50,993 nt of DNA from a virus (Duplodnaviria; Caudoviricetes): IMG/VR virus record IMGVR_UViG_3300005732_000004, positions 1-50,993 of that record; one strand, given 5' to 3'. Of the stretch, positions 25,065 through 35,530 are shown in pieces. Made by a program: the position numbers and the translations under genes. Every line of letters begins with the position of its first letter. Position 1 is the first letter of the stretch. The notes under the pieces were generated by a model. That model did no database searches, was not told the DNA's origin, and worked only from the letters and a program-made list of their open reading frames with translations.

Positions 25065-25491
25065 CTATCAGCGCCTCAATTTCATCTGCTGTTTCACGAA
25101 CGACTATATCACGATCTACGCCATCAATGCTAACAACAGTTCCGCGCTTATCCTTTGTTGGCAAAATAGTGAGCAAATCAACATTCACCGCCATTTTAGA
25201 CCCGCGCCTTACGTGATCATCATCGTTATGACTGCACTCGAAACAAACTGGCGTTAGCTTAATCAATGCGCCATCAGATTGAGAAACTAAATCGTCAATT
25301 GTCTCGTTAACCACGATATCATCGCCAATAGTTTCATTGCGTATTAATACTGCACCGTCATTTTCAAACACAGCATCAATTCTGTCAGGAGAAATTGCTC
25401 TTTTAGGTGGTTTATTATCGATGCCACGTTGCCGATTTTGCTTTTGCTTAATCGTTACTTTGATACGTTTGCGTTTAGGTTGTTTTGCCAT
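25054..25491 (-). CDS. hypothetical protein in the tail module
   Basis: Coupled ORF with a basic N-terminus. Confidence 0.75.
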   Translation of the reverse strand: MAKQPKRKRIKVTIKQKQNRQRGIDNKPPKRAISPDRIDAVFENDGAVLIRNETIGDDIVVNETIDDLVSQSDGALIKLTPVCFECSHNDDDHVRRGSKMAVNVDLLTILPTKDKRGTVVSIDGVDRDIVVRETADEIEALIDGD

Positions 25492-27977
25492 CAGTTAACC
25501 TTCGCGCCGTAATATGTGCCTAAGAATGAAACTTCATTGATATATGACCAGCCATCAACGGCTTGCCCTGCCGCGCCACCGGTGCCGCCTGAAGGCCCAC
25601 CATATACCTGCTCACCATTGCTCCCAGCCGTTGCACGAGCGCCACCATCGCCGCCCTTACCACCTTTGCTTGGATGGTTGGAGTTGCCGCCAGCGCCACC
25701 AGTATCAAGAACACCAGCCGCACCATCATTAGCCCCAGGTGATGAACCGCCAGCGCCATAACTAGCGCCACCACCACCGCCGCCGCCATTAACTTGAGGA
25801 CCAAACCACCCTACATAGTCACCAGCCCCGCCGCCCCCGCCGCCCCCGCCGCCTTGGATTTCAGCAGCAGCCACGCCGTTCAAATCGATTGGATAACGAG
25901 AATAGAACGCATCGCCACCAGCGGCCCCCGGCAATCCTGTGTTGTTATCACCGCCGATACCATTAGCGCCTTTGCCGCCCTTGCCAGCTAACGTGCCATC
26001 CATATTCACGGTAATGCGAACCAAGTGGAATTTAATAGCCCCACCAGTTCCAGTACTTGTTGCGTTTGCGTCTAATGTAACTTGTGACGAACTATCGATT
26101 GTCAAAATCTTAGTGCCATCAGGTATGCCTGTACCACTAACAAACATTCCAACAACAAGATCAGCCGTATCATCAGCAATGTTTGTGAATATGGCAGAAC
26201 CGCTTGTTCTATCCCCCGTTGTGTCAAGCTCTGGCCAACTGCCGATATCAAGTGCATATGTTGATGTCGAATCAGCAGTTAACACAACACCAGTATTCAC
26301 GTTTAGAGTAACTTCCTCACCGCCCGTTGGGGCAGGATAAAGCGCGTCATGAAGCGTTCGCAAATTAACGTCGCTATCATTTGAACTGATTGTTATTGGT
26401 CTATCATCTGGATCAAGAGGGTCGATATCATCAAACAAGAACTCTTGCGCCTCGATTTGATACACATCACGTCTTGGGTTAACCCGCAATATCTGCGCAG
26501 GAACATCAACTTGAACGCCCAAATCATCTTGAAGCATTGGATCGGACACAATGCAACCATCACCCATTTTGGGTTCAAGATCACCATGCCTAAAGATTTC
26601 AAACGAAAATTTCCTTGGCGCTTCGCGGAACATGCCGATGATAAGCTTGTTTACCCGTTGCGCAGCGGAGCTACCGCCTACAGCAATCCAGCGGCTAAAG
26701 ATTTGGCGTATTGCTTTGCCATCATCAACTTCAGCCTCAGTGTCGATATACAGTTCAGATGCGCGATAGTTATCTTTGTTTTTGACACTTTCAACAGGGT
26801 TTCGCATCCCGTAATATGTCTCAACACGGCTAACACGCTCTTTGGGTTGTTCTGTTATCTTTAACGAACCCTTGATTATTTTTGTTTCGTCAAATCGCAA
26901 TGCATCTGTTGTGATCGCTCTTAGAACCTGCAATCTAATCTCTGGCTCTAGATCGTCCCACCATGTCATTAGTCCGCATTGTTCAATAAGCTCTGAAGCC
27001 AAATCACGCACGGGGGTAGGCTCTGGAATTAGGGCAGTAACAACGCGGCCATAATAGTTAGCTGTTTCTGTTTGCCATTCGCTTAGCGGAATATCGCCTG
27101 AATCAACGCCAGCGCCATTGACCAAAAGGTCATTTAGAACATCGGCAGGGTCTTGCGCGGAATATTCTTTAGCCAATTGAACGCGATCACCAGCAGAATG
27201 TGCGATTGCCTCAGTGTTATATTGAGCGCGAGTAATGGTTAGAACATCGCTTGATCGTGTGAACGATACAATTTCTTTGCCGCCAATTGTAACATAACCG
27301 GACGCGGGGTAGTCCGTATCGCCAACGCCTGAAGGGGTTAGCGTTGCGCTTGTTGCGACATCAGTAATATCAGCAACCAGTGAACCAGTTGAAAGCTCCG
27401 GCCATAAAGCCCGATCACTATCCGCTCTTTTAAGATTATCTTTAGCTGTGACAGTGTATTTACCATCACGATTAGGCCCACTAAAGCCCTCTATCGTGAA
27501 TGTGCGGGTTTCCATGTCTGCTATGGCTTGCCCGTATGTTCCTTGGATTAGGCGCATTTCCCGCGCTCTTAGAAACGGTTGCCGCGCCCGAAACTTGCCA
27601 AAGAACGTGCCTTGTGCATAAGGATCAACGCCGCGCTCTGTGACATACTTATCAAGCCCGTCGCCCGTATCAGTATGAGGGTGATCAGTGAACGTGACCG
27701 TTAACGAACCTCTAATGCCTAAATTCTTACCAACGGAAATTGTTGAGGGCGAGAAATTGAACGTGTCGATATAAGGTAGCGCGTCAAAATCTGAATTGGT
27801 TCCGAACCTTAACGTTACTGGAACGTTATCAAAGTTTGCGCGATCTTGGCATGTTTTCCGAGTGTTTAAACACTTCTTTGATCCTGTCGTTGGAATTGAT
27901 GCGGTACAAGCGCCAACGCCATAAGACAAAGAACAATAGTCAACATCAATCTCAACATATGCAACGGATTGCGTCAT
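25491..27977 (-). CDS. tail tip / hub protein with Gly-rich C-terminus
   Basis: CSL.YG...CTA...C.NTR.TCQD N-terminus; position after the distal tail protein. Confidence 0.85.
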   Translation of the reverse strand: MTQSVAYVEIDVDYCSLSYGVGACTASIPTTGSKKCLNTRKTCQDRANFDNVPVTLRFGTNSDFDALPYIDTFNFSPSTISVGKNLGIRGSLTVTFTDHPHTDTGDGLDKYVTERGVDPYAQGTFFGKFRARQPFLRAREMRLIQGTYGQAIADMETRTFTIEGFSGPNRDGKYTVTAKDNLKRADSDRALWPELSTGSLVADITDVATSATLTPSGVGDTDYPASGYVTIGGKEIVSFTRSSDVLTITRAQYNTEAIAHSAGDRVQLAKEYSAQDPADVLNDLLVNGAGVDSGDIPLSEWQTETANYYGRVVTALIPEPTPVRDLASELIEQCGLMTWWDDLEPEIRLQVLRAITTDALRFDETKIIKGSLKITEQPKERVSRVETYYGMRNPVESVKNKDNYRASELYIDTEAEVDDGKAIRQIFSRWIAVGGSSAAQRVNKLIIGMFREAPRKFSFEIFRHGDLEPKMGDGCIVSDPMLQDDLGVQVDVPAQILRVNPRRDVYQIEAQEFLFDDIDPLDPDDRPITISSNDSDVNLRTLHDALYPAPTGGEEVTLNVNTGVVLTADSTSTYALDIGSWPELDTTGDRTSGSAIFTNIADDTADLVVGMFVSGTGIPDGTKILTIDSSSQVTLDANATSTGTGGAIKFHLVRITVNMDGTLAGKGGKGANGIGGDNNTGLPGAAGGDAFYSRYPIDLNGVAAAEIQGGGGGGGGGAGDYVGWFGPQVNGGGGGGGASYGAGGSSPGANDGAAGVLDTGGAGGNSNHPSKGGKGGDGGARATAGSNGEQVYGGPSGGTGGAAGQAVDGWSYINEVSFLGTYYGAKVN

Positions 27978-28807
27978 ATAGCCAAGCCGCCTATGTTGAT
28001 ATCAATATCAATATGCCCTGTTATCCGGTTGATTGTTGGCATGGGGTCGCTAATAGGCCAGCAAAACCCAACCTCATCTGGATAGTTCTCAGGGTCCCAT
28101 GCAAAGAAGAATGTTGTACGTTTGCCAAGCAACGCTATATCTTTGAGATTAGCCCGATACCATGCAGGGTCTAGATCGCGCTGAACAATGTTCGCGGAAA
28201 GCTCTGCAGCCAATTCAACATAGCCAAGACGATCACCGCTATTCGCTGTTGCGCCGTAACCAATCGATTGTCTTGCATATTTAATAGGCATGTGACCAAC
28301 GGGCAAGCCATTTGGTAGTGGCAACGATGTGCCGCAATACATGACCGCCGCTTGTGGTTCAACAGTCCCAGGGGTTAGCGTAATACGCAGCCCATTTGAG
28401 GCCGTAGCAACGAATTGGAATACCGTTGGTAGATTGTCGGCCAAGATGTTTTCGCCTACAACTTCAGTCCAATCATTATCATCACCAGCATCGCCACCGG
28501 GGTCAAGAATTTCAACAGATGTAATAACGCAGCCACCATCACTAAAATTGTGCCGAGCAAAAGCAACGTAGTCAATCGGGTCTGTATAATCGAACAAAAC
28601 AGTAAGTTTTTGCGCGTTTGTACTTCCAGACTTCCACAATATACTTGTATCGGCATTGGATAGATTAGTAGCGGGGTTCGCCGTTGTTTCTTCATCGGCT
28701 GTAATAGTTGTGAACTCAACTAGATTGTGATGATAAATTCTAGGTAACCCAGATTCCGCATCTGTTGCCGTTGCAAGAGTATATGCGCCGGAAAATACTA
28801 CGCTCAT
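27974..28807 (-). CDS. distal tail protein
   Basis: Directly after the tape measure; FFFAWDP..YPDEV motif. Confidence 0.75.
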   Translation of the reverse strand: MSVVFSGAYTLATATDAESGLPRIYHHNLVEFTTITADEETTANPATNLSNADTSILWKSGSTNAQKLTVLFDYTDPIDYVAFARHNFSDGGCVITSVEILDPGGDAGDDNDWTEVVGENILADNLPTVFQFVATASNGLRITLTPGTVEPQAAVMYCGTSLPLPNGLPVGHMPIKYARQSIGYGATANSGDRLGYVELAAELSANIVQRDLDPAWYRANLKDIALLGKRTTFFFAWDPENYPDEVGFCWPISDPMPTINRITGHIDIDINIGGLAI

Positions 28808-28808
28808 G

Positions 28809-31025
28809 TTAAGCCGCCGTTGTTACGTTAAGTGTGCCGCCATCATCTGTGAACTCGTTTAGCAGTTCTGCAATTTGTTCGCCAGTAAATCCATTGCCAA
28901 CAAGCGTCACGTTAGTTGTTCGCCCTGTGTCTTGTTGCCCAGCTTGGCCAGCACTAACAGCACCACCACCGACGCTAGGAGCGCTTGAACTGCCTTTATT
29001 GGAACTAGCTATAGCCGCGATCTGAGCCGCACCAGTAGCCGCCGCCACGCCAGCCGCCGCAAAGCCCCAAGGTGTAGGGCCATACGTCGCCAGCGCCTTT
29101 GTAATGGCTTCAGCGGTGTTAACAACAGCATTGGCAATAGCAAACGCCTTGTTGTCTTTGAACATTGAGGATAACGCGCCTGTTAGGCCGCTTGCCAAAC
29201 CAAGTGTTGAAGACGTAGCCGCCATATTAGCGCGGAAAGCAGCTTCGCCGTATTCCTGCCAAGATATCTTGCCTTGCGCCAAAAGCCCGTCAAGGTCTGA
29301 TATTTGCTGACCTAGCATTGTGAGCGGGTCAACTGTAGCAGGGCCAAGGGCCGCAAGCGCATCAGACATTTGATAGATGTTGTCGTTTGCAGCTTCTAAC
29401 GCGCCGTTAACCCCGCCGCTATCACCAAGCGCCCCGCCTTCACCTTCCAAAATGGTTTGCATATTCGCCAATGCTTCATTGGCCGCTGTAGAGTTGCCCG
29501 TCATTTCGGACAAGCCCTGTGTTAGCTCACCAATATAATCACGGCCCATCGCATCGCTAAAAGCACCTGACACGGCAGTTCCTAGCTTGCCAGCCCCGCC
29601 CGTTTCCTGTCCTTTGAATTGAGATAGGTCAACATCTTGGATATCGCCAAGCCCTGGGATATTCTTCAATGCGCCAACAATCGCGTTAACACCGTTTTGA
29701 ACAATATCAATTGCGCCGTTCATTGCTCTTGTGAAGATATCCGCAAATGCCCCCGGCAATAATCCCCACCCGACAACGATAGCCCGATATGCACCACCGA
29801 ACAGCCCTATAAGCATATTGGCCGCGTCTTTTGCTATAGACACAGCATCAACGCCAAGCACATCTTTTATTTCGTCGCGGAAAATATAGACCGCTGAAAC
29901 AAGTGTTGTTATGCCAATGAGTAAAGCGCCTAGAGGGTTAGCGGCAATAGCTACGCCAATAGCACTTATTGCAGCAACGCCAGCGGTCCCAACGGCGACC
30001 AGACCCGTTACCATAGCCCCTAGGATAGCAGGGCCGAATGCAATGGCCATAGCAACGCCAGCCGATGAAGCCATCACGGCAACCGTGTCAAGATTAGACA
30101 TTAGCAACGATATGCCATCAGCAAGCAATTGCGCACCGCCAACGGCTAAAGTCATAGCCCCAACAAGCGCGGTTCCCACCATTTGCATGAACGAAACAAA
30201 TGCAGGGTTTTGAATTGCTGTAATCAGGCTTTCAATTGCTTTTCTAAGTCCTTCCGTTGCGGTGCCGCTGATTTCGAATAGATCACCCCATGCGTTCTCA
30301 AGGGATTTAAGCGCCCCGCCAAGAGTTTCACGAGCTGCCTTTGCAGACCCACCAAATTGCAGTTCAAGCTCGTTAAGGATAATTGATTGAGCGCCAAGCA
30401 TATCATTGCTTTCGACCAAACTCTTAACTGTGTCTTTTTGCGCTTCTGTGAACTGAATACCAGCCCTAGATAAAGCAGTCATACCCAATACTGGGTCGTT
30501 CAATGCTTTACCAACTTGCAAAACAGAACTGTTTAGGTCCATTCCCATACGTTCGGATAGGTCAAGCGCTGCCGCTGTAGCGCGGGGGAATGTTTCACCA
30601 GATATTTTGGAAAATGTAAGTAGTACACCTTGGGCGCTATTGATTGCCTCGTCACCTACATTAGTAACCTTTTGCAATGCCGCCGCATGGGCATTGAGGC
30701 TTTCTATAGTTTGGCCAGACACACCCGCAGTTGATCTTAGGCCCGCCGCGAGTTGCGCTTGCTGATGTTCTGCATGTGAAGTTGCTTGAACGAATGTTTG
30801 AAGTGTACCAGCAGCGATCCTAAAGCTTGCATAAACAGCAGCCGCAGCCGCCGCAGCCTTAGCCATACGCCCCATAGCAGATGATGATTTTTCAGTTTCA
30901 TCATGCAGCCGTTCGGTTGCGCGTTCGGTTTGCTCCGATTGCTTTTCAAGCTTATCAAGCTCTTTTGTGGCTGTTGTTACGCCTTCAGAGCTAATTTTAA
31001 GGCCAAGTTCTGCTACATCTGCCAT
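28809..31025 (-). CDS. tape measure protein
   Basis: Ala/Gly-rich helical 738 aa; VGKALNDP..G.TAL.R.GIQFT. Confidence 0.92.
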   Translation of the reverse strand: MADVAELGLKISSEGVTTATKELDKLEKQSEQTERATERLHDETEKSSSAMGRMAKAAAAAAAVYASFRIAAGTLQTFVQATSHAEHQQAQLAAGLRSTAGVSGQTIESLNAHAAALQKVTNVGDEAINSAQGVLLTFSKISGETFPRATAAALDLSERMGMDLNSSVLQVGKALNDPVLGMTALSRAGIQFTEAQKDTVKSLVESNDMLGAQSIILNELELQFGGSAKAARETLGGALKSLENAWGDLFEISGTATEGLRKAIESLITAIQNPAFVSFMQMVGTALVGAMTLAVGGAQLLADGISLLMSNLDTVAVMASSAGVAMAIAFGPAILGAMVTGLVAVGTAGVAAISAIGVAIAANPLGALLIGITTLVSAVYIFRDEIKDVLGVDAVSIAKDAANMLIGLFGGAYRAIVVGWGLLPGAFADIFTRAMNGAIDIVQNGVNAIVGALKNIPGLGDIQDVDLSQFKGQETGGAGKLGTAVSGAFSDAMGRDYIGELTQGLSEMTGNSTAANEALANMQTILEGEGGALGDSGGVNGALEAANDNIYQMSDALAALGPATVDPLTMLGQQISDLDGLLAQGKISWQEYGEAAFRANMAATSSTLGLASGLTGALSSMFKDNKAFAIANAVVNTAEAITKALATYGPTPWGFAAAGVAAATGAAQIAAIASSNKGSSSAPSVGGGAVSAGQAGQQDTGRTTNVTLVGNGFTGEQIAELLNEFTDDGGTLNVTTAA

Positions 31026-31028
31026 GTC

Positions 31029-31370
31029 TTAATTAGCCTTTTTCGAAATCTCAGCTAGGTGTACATCGTCCAGTAATTCTAACACTCGCACCTCCCAAGG
31101 TTCAATACCTTCATTGCATAGTTTATCCCATGCACTTATTGTTTCAAAACTTAGCGGGGATACGCCAAAACCATTTGATCCCCGCCTTCTTGAAAGCCTT
31201 GAAAACCAATCCACAATGTAACTATGTGAGATTGGTTCTGGGGTTTCAATTTCTTCTCCAACCGATTCAAGGTGCTGACGGAGGGTTGAGCCTTTTTCAT
31301 CTGGCCGATCATACTTGGCCTTATGAATAATGCACTCAATCAGTGATCCCGTCAGCTTTTGGTAAAACGG
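31029..31370 (-). CDS. tail assembly chaperone gpT part, reached by -1 frameshift
   Basis: The -1 frame is open from about 31370: FYQKL...GSTLRQHLESV...DWFSRLSRRRGSNGFGVSPLS. Confidence 0.75.
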   Translation of the reverse strand, partial: PFYQKLTGSLIECIIHKAKYDRPDEKGSTLRQHLESVGEEIETPEPISHSYIVDWFSRLSRRRGSNGFGVSPLSFETISAWDKLCNEGIEPWEVRVLELLDDVHLAEISKKAN

Positions 31371-31810
31371 TCAAGGTCATCAGCCGCTTCAAGAACTTGT
31401 TCAAACAATGTTGGCAATCTTGTGTATAGCTTTTCAACTTCATCAGGGGTGCAAGCTGGGCCTTCAAATCCTTCAGGGTAGCGCCATGAAATAGTAGCAG
31501 CAATCATGTCATCAAGCTGCAATTCACGAAGCTCATTAGCGGTATCGCCAGTGTACTTATCGCCTTGAGAAGCAGCAGCGCGGCGGGCCTTGCGGTTTGA
31601 CGGTTCAGCCTTTGGCGCTGCAATGCCTGATTTCAAATAGAAGTCCAACACACGGTTGCGCGTTTTCTTGCGCCGTGAGCTATCAGGGCCAGCAAGGCAA
31701 ATAAACATTCCTGTTTTTTCGCCAGCGTCATTGATTACTTCAAATTCAGAGCCTTTTTCTTGGCTCTCAACAGATAAAAAGTTTGTATCGAAATCAAACG
31801 TCTTGCTCAT
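31352..31810 (-). CDS. tail assembly chaperone gpG
   Basis: Between tail tube and tape measure; ends CGT TTT ACC AAA AGC TGA. Confidence 0.85.
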   Translation of the reverse strand: MSKTFDFDTNFLSVESQEKGSEFEVINDAGEKTGMFICLAGPDSSRRKKTRNRVLDFYLKSGIAAPKAEPSNRKARRAAASQGDKYTGDTANELRELQLDDMIAATISWRYPEGFEGPACTPDEVEKLYTRLPTLFEQVLEAADDLDRFTKS

Positions 31811-31818
31811 ATCGGTTC

Positions 31819-32724
31819 CTATGCTGGTGTGCGTGTAATAACAAGTGAAGATACATCACTTACATTATATGTACCAGTAAAAGGCATTTGAACCAATAGA
31901 CCTTCATCGGCTTCTGTGATTGAAGCGTCTGTATATTTCAATGAAGAAATATCAAACTCAAGATCACCGCCAGTAATGCCCTCGAACTCAACAGTCAAAG
32001 CGCTTTCGGTTTCGCCTAAGAACTTGTTGATTAGGGCTTCACTTTCAAATAGCGCCGTTACTGTACCAGTTACACCAAACATACCTATGTTGATATGGTT
32101 GGCGATATCTGTACCGATGATATTAATAGCCGCCGCGTTGTTGGTAATACTCAAATCCAAAGCCGTAACGTTGGCGCTTGAACCGCCTTCGCTTATGGTC
32201 CCGGTGAACCCGTCAAATGGATCGTTGCCAGTGGTCGCCGTATCAGTATCCGAAACGGTTGAACTTGCAGGGGTCATGCCGCCCAAGCCAGTAACCGAAA
32301 ACGAACCCGTTACCATCGCATTTGGTTGGGCAGAAATCGAGAACCCGCTCATGATGCAACCAAGATACGGGTTAAACTCTGAAATGCCCTCAAAACGACG
32401 CTCAAGCGTGAAATACTTCAGCGTTTCACCAACCTTCAAAACGTTGGTTGACCATGATGAACACATCACACTTTCAAGCAATGTATCAAAATCGCCATAA
32501 GCAAGCTCAATAGGTATATCACCAGATGCTTTACGCGCACCATGCCGCAAATGCGTAACATTACGGTTGCCAATACGCTCAGACTGAAAGCTGTCTTTAT
32601 CGATTTTAAGCGTAGGCAGTCCGGCAATCGGAATTTCGATTAGCGTTGGCGTTGCTGGTGTTGTGCCGGGTGTAGATTCCACAACCTGCCATAGTGATTG
32701 ATCAAAACGTAGACCTTGGGTCAT
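31819..32724 (-). CDS. major tail tube protein
   Basis: ESTPGTTP...SGDIPIEL.YG.FD..LE; position in the tail module. Confidence 0.9.
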   Translation of the reverse strand: MTQGLRFDQSLWQVVESTPGTTPATPTLIEIPIAGLPTLKIDKDSFQSERIGNRNVTHLRHGARKASGDIPIELAYGDFDTLLESVMCSSWSTNVLKVGETLKYFTLERRFEGISEFNPYLGCIMSGFSISAQPNAMVTGSFSVTGLGGMTPASSTVSDTDTATTGNDPFDGFTGTISEGGSSANVTALDLSITNNAAAINIIGTDIANHINIGMFGVTGTVTALFESEALINKFLGETESALTVEFEGITGGDLEFDISSLKYTDASITEADEGLLVQMPFTGTYNVSDVSSLVITRTPA

Positions 32725-32727
32725 GGT

Positions 32728-32901
32728 TTATTCCCCCTTCTTAGTGGATTTGGAAGCTTCTTTAGCGCGAACACCGCGCCCTTTTTCAACGTGCCTATCA
32801 GCCGTTTGTTCTGAACTAACGGTATATTCATCGCCAGGGTTAAGCCAAACAAAGGGCTTGCCCCAACGAAACCGTCTAGATGCAGTCATTTTTACTGTCA
32901 T
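32728..32901 (-). CDS. small hypothetical protein
   Basis: Likely start MTVKMTAS; fills the gap. Confidence 0.6.
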   Translation of the reverse strand: MTVKMTASRRFRWGKPFVWLNPGDEYTVSSEQTADRHVEKGRGVRAKEASKSTKKGE

Positions 32902-32902
32902 T

Positions 32903-33343
32903 TTATGCGCCTCTGGTTGCGTCCGCAATCCAGCGGATCGATATAGGAATTAACATTAAAGGTTCATCTGCTCTTGAAATATCAGACCCGACGCTAGGCG
33001 GTCTTTCAACTCTTACCGTAAAGCCGTTATTGGTCATAGACGTCCCAAGTTCGAAATGGTTTGCGATATCCCCTGCTATTTCTTGCGCAACTGCAAAATC
33101 TTGATTGCGTTTCGCATGTAACATTATTTGGAATATGCCCATATGTCTTGTTTTACCAGTCCCGCCCATAGTAGCAGCAAGAGGATCATTGCGGAATAGT
33201 GAAGTTGATAAATAATTATCACCCGTTGGTGGTGTAAAATCCTCATTGGGGTAAGCAATCGTAAGACCAGGCGAAAGCGTTAATGCTTGCAACTTGATCT
33301 TTAATGCTAACCAAATAGCCGTTTCTGGTGTAGGTGTTGCCAT
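32903..33343 (-). CDS. tail terminator-like protein (DUF4128-like)
   Basis: IAYPN..F.PP...GIFQI...A..IA.HF..GT. Confidence 0.8.
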   Translation of the reverse strand: MATPTPETAIWLALKIKLQALTLSPGLTIAYPNEDFTPPTGDNYLSTSLFRNDPLAATMGGTGKTRHMGIFQIMLHAKRNQDFAVAQEIAGDIANHFELGTSMTNNGFTVRVERPPSVGSDISRADEPLMLIPISIRWIADATRGA

Positions 33344-33354
33344 TTGTTAGCTCT

Positions 33355-33774
33355 TTATACTTGCGCTCTACTCTTGAGCTTTAAAACGGTTTCTTGCACT
33401 ATCTGTTGCCATCGTTGGGCTGGAAGTCTAACAAACCCGTCTAGATATTCCCTTGGCCGCGCATATGCAGCGGTGAACCCCATGTAAATAGTATCTGTAA
33501 TGGACGCGCCAGCGATGACCAATGCGATTTCATCACCCGCCGAATATGTCTGGCCTTCACCGGGAACGCCTTCAGGGTTAATGCTAGGCATTTGAGAAGT
33601 TGAGCCCATTAAAGACGCTCTTAGGTAGCCCGTATCGATTTTCATTCGACCACCTTGCGAGACAGGCTTTCGTATTTCACTAGCCATTGTCTGCGCGGCC
33701 TCATTGCGAACGGCCTTGATACGCTTTTCAGATTGTCGAACCCATGACCCAACATCAGCGCTAAACTTGCCCAT
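33355..33774 (-). CDS. HK97 gp10-like tail completion protein
   Basis: IDTGYLRAS...AAYAR..E; start MGKFS. Confidence 0.8.
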   Translation of the reverse strand: MGKFSADVGSWVRQSEKRIKAVRNEAAQTMASEIRKPVSQGGRMKIDTGYLRASLMGSTSQMPSINPEGVPGEGQTYSAGDEIALVIAGASITDTIYMGFTAAYARPREYLDGFVRLPAQRWQQIVQETVLKLKSRAQV

Positions 33775-34184
33775 TAGCCTCTCACTATGAATTTCCAAGC
33801 GATAGCAGTGCCAGCGCGGGGAATGCGCATGGTTTTGAGTATCTCCAACTCTTTGCTATCCATCGTGATCTTATCACCCGCCAAAACTTCAAGCTCGGTA
33901 TTAACATTGGTAACAGGCGAACCGTCAACGTGCGTCTTGAGCATAATGGGCGATGCTGTAATGATTACATCTGTGGAAAAGATCATCTTGCCATCAACGA
34001 ACTTATCATCAACAGATTTAGCAACAGCGTTAAGGCTGTATCTAACCGTGCTATCAGCAACAGGGGTCCAAGACTCGTTAGCATCAACAGCGCCAGGGGT
34101 TGTGCGGGTTAGTGTAATAGTCCCTTGTTTGAACTCAGTGAGTAGCGAAACCGCCACCCCTTGCATGTCATCATAGAAACCCAT
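33774..34184 (-). CDS. head closure / head-tail joining protein
   Basis: MGFYDDM...LL.EF.QG; synteny. Confidence 0.75.
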   Translation of the reverse strand: MGFYDDMQGVAVSLLTEFKQGTITLTRTTPGAVDANESWTPVADSTVRYSLNAVAKSVDDKFVDGKMIFSTDVIITASPIMLKTHVDGSPVTNVNTELEVLAGDKITMDSKELEILKTMRIPRAGTAIAWKFIVRG

Positions 34185-34185
34185 G

Positions 34186-34701
34186 TTATTCCCAAGCCCA
34201 TGTTCCACCGCGTTGCGTTCCGTCTAGAACAGGCGCAAGCATGTTTTCAATTTGACCGTATTTGGTTTCAGATGTAGCGCCCTCAAAGAACTCTTGTTCA
34301 ACAGCGCCTTCAACCTTATTCTTCTTAACCGCGCCACCTCTTGCTGCATCGGCAGACAAAACAGCGCTTAAAGCGCGTGATGCAAGTTCCGAATTGGCAT
34401 TGATGATTTCTTGAGGCAAATCAGGCAATGGGTAGCCAGCTTTATCAAAGGCTTCAGCGCGTGGCCATTGTAGCCCTTGCAGGGTTCCTTTGCGCAGTCC
34501 TCTATAGTATTCACCATAACGCGCATCGAGATAACCAGCGGCTTCACGCAAAGTGCCTTCTTTTTCAGCCGTTGTTGCCGCATTCCATGTTGTATAGAAG
34601 CTGGTGTGAGTACGATTGCCCCAGTAATTATCAGCATCAGCAACTGAAACATAGCTTTCTGCCCCAACAATTCCAGTGCCGTCTTCAACAGTTAACGCCA
34701 T
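34186..34701 (-). CDS. head-tail adaptor (DnaT-like family)
   Basis: MALTVEDGTG..GAESYVSVADAD.Y...QGLQWPR. Confidence 0.85.
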   Translation of the reverse strand: MALTVEDGTGIVGAESYVSVADADNYWGNRTHTSFYTTWNAATTAEKEGTLREAAGYLDARYGEYYRGLRKGTLQGLQWPRAEAFDKAGYPLPDLPQEIINANSELASRALSAVLSADAARGGAVKKNKVEGAVEQEFFEGATSETKYGQIENMLAPVLDGTQRGGTWAWE

Positions 34702-35108
34702 TATCCGGTCACCTCACGTTGTACAAAAAAGCGGCCCTCAAGTGCGCGGGTTACAACGCCAGAACCATCAACCAATTCAAGATCGTATATGAATTTCTCG
34801 CTAAGGCTAATTGGTTCTTGGCTATTCATTAACAATGTTAGTGATGAATTATCCAGCATTGATTTTGTTTGTGTCGCGGTCATGGTGAACGTTACCGTTC
34901 CAGCCACGCCGCCAAGCGCCAATGTGCCACCATCCGCATCAGAGCCAGTTGAGAAATAAACCTCGGCTGTGTTGTTATACGCTTTCTTGACAGAAGCGCG
35001 GGCTGTATACCCTGTTAGATCAACAGCACTACCACCGCTATCTAAATGGGTATAGACGAAAGAAAAATCCTCGCCTTGCCTAACGTTTAGATCATGACGC
35101 TTTGTCAT
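34701..35108 (-). CDS. virion structural protein (BppU-N-like)
   Basis: QGEDF...VDLTGYTAR...YDLEL...G.VTR.LEG.F.V..EVT. Confidence 0.7.
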   Translation of the reverse strand: MTKRHDLNVRQGEDFSFVYTHLDSGGSAVDLTGYTARASVKKAYNNTAEVYFSTGSDADGGTLALGGVAGTVTFTMTATQTKSMLDNSSLTLLMNSQEPISLSEKFIYDLELVDGSGVVTRALEGRFFVQREVTG

Positions 35109-35118
35109 AAGTTAGCCC

Positions 35119-35523
35119 TTATTCAGCGATTTCTGACACAACATATTCTGCGCGATCTTCATTTGACATCGCCATGAATGCTTCAGCATCATCTTTGCGC
35201 ATTTTCTTAACCGCTTTGATTTCTACATCGCCACTGAATACAGCGAACCAGCCACGGCCAACATCTTTTGCAGTGTAAGCGTCATCTTCAACAACCTCAA
35301 CCGTTTCTGGCTGTTTGTTTTCAATAACAGGCTCAAACATTTTATTTTCAGGTGCCGCCGCTACGCTTTTAACTTCACCAAGGGAAATAAACCCTTCCTT
35401 GCGCAAGCCTTCAATAAGATCAGCGGGGATATCAGGATCAGGCGTTTGGCCAACCTTGGCCGAGTGCGCCTTGATACCATCAAGCGAATAATTGAAATTC
35501 TTTAGAACTGTGCATTTAGTCAT
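35119..35523 (-). CDS. hypothetical head-module protein
   Basis: Start MTKC after GAGGA; APENKM motif. Confidence 0.7.
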   Translation of the reverse strand: MTKCTVLKNFNYSLDGIKAHSAKVGQTPDPDIPADLIEGLRKEGFISLGEVKSVAAAPENKMFEPVIENKQPETVEVVEDDAYTAKDVGRGWFAVFSGDVEIKAVKKMRKDDAEAFMAMSNEDRAEYVVSEIAE

Positions 35524-35530
35524 TTTGTCC

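Noticed and set aside
25560-26000. GCC/CCG-rich repetitive tract
   Set aside because: Explained by Gly codons in the tail protein C-terminus; no reverse transcriptase or template/variable repeat pair was seen.
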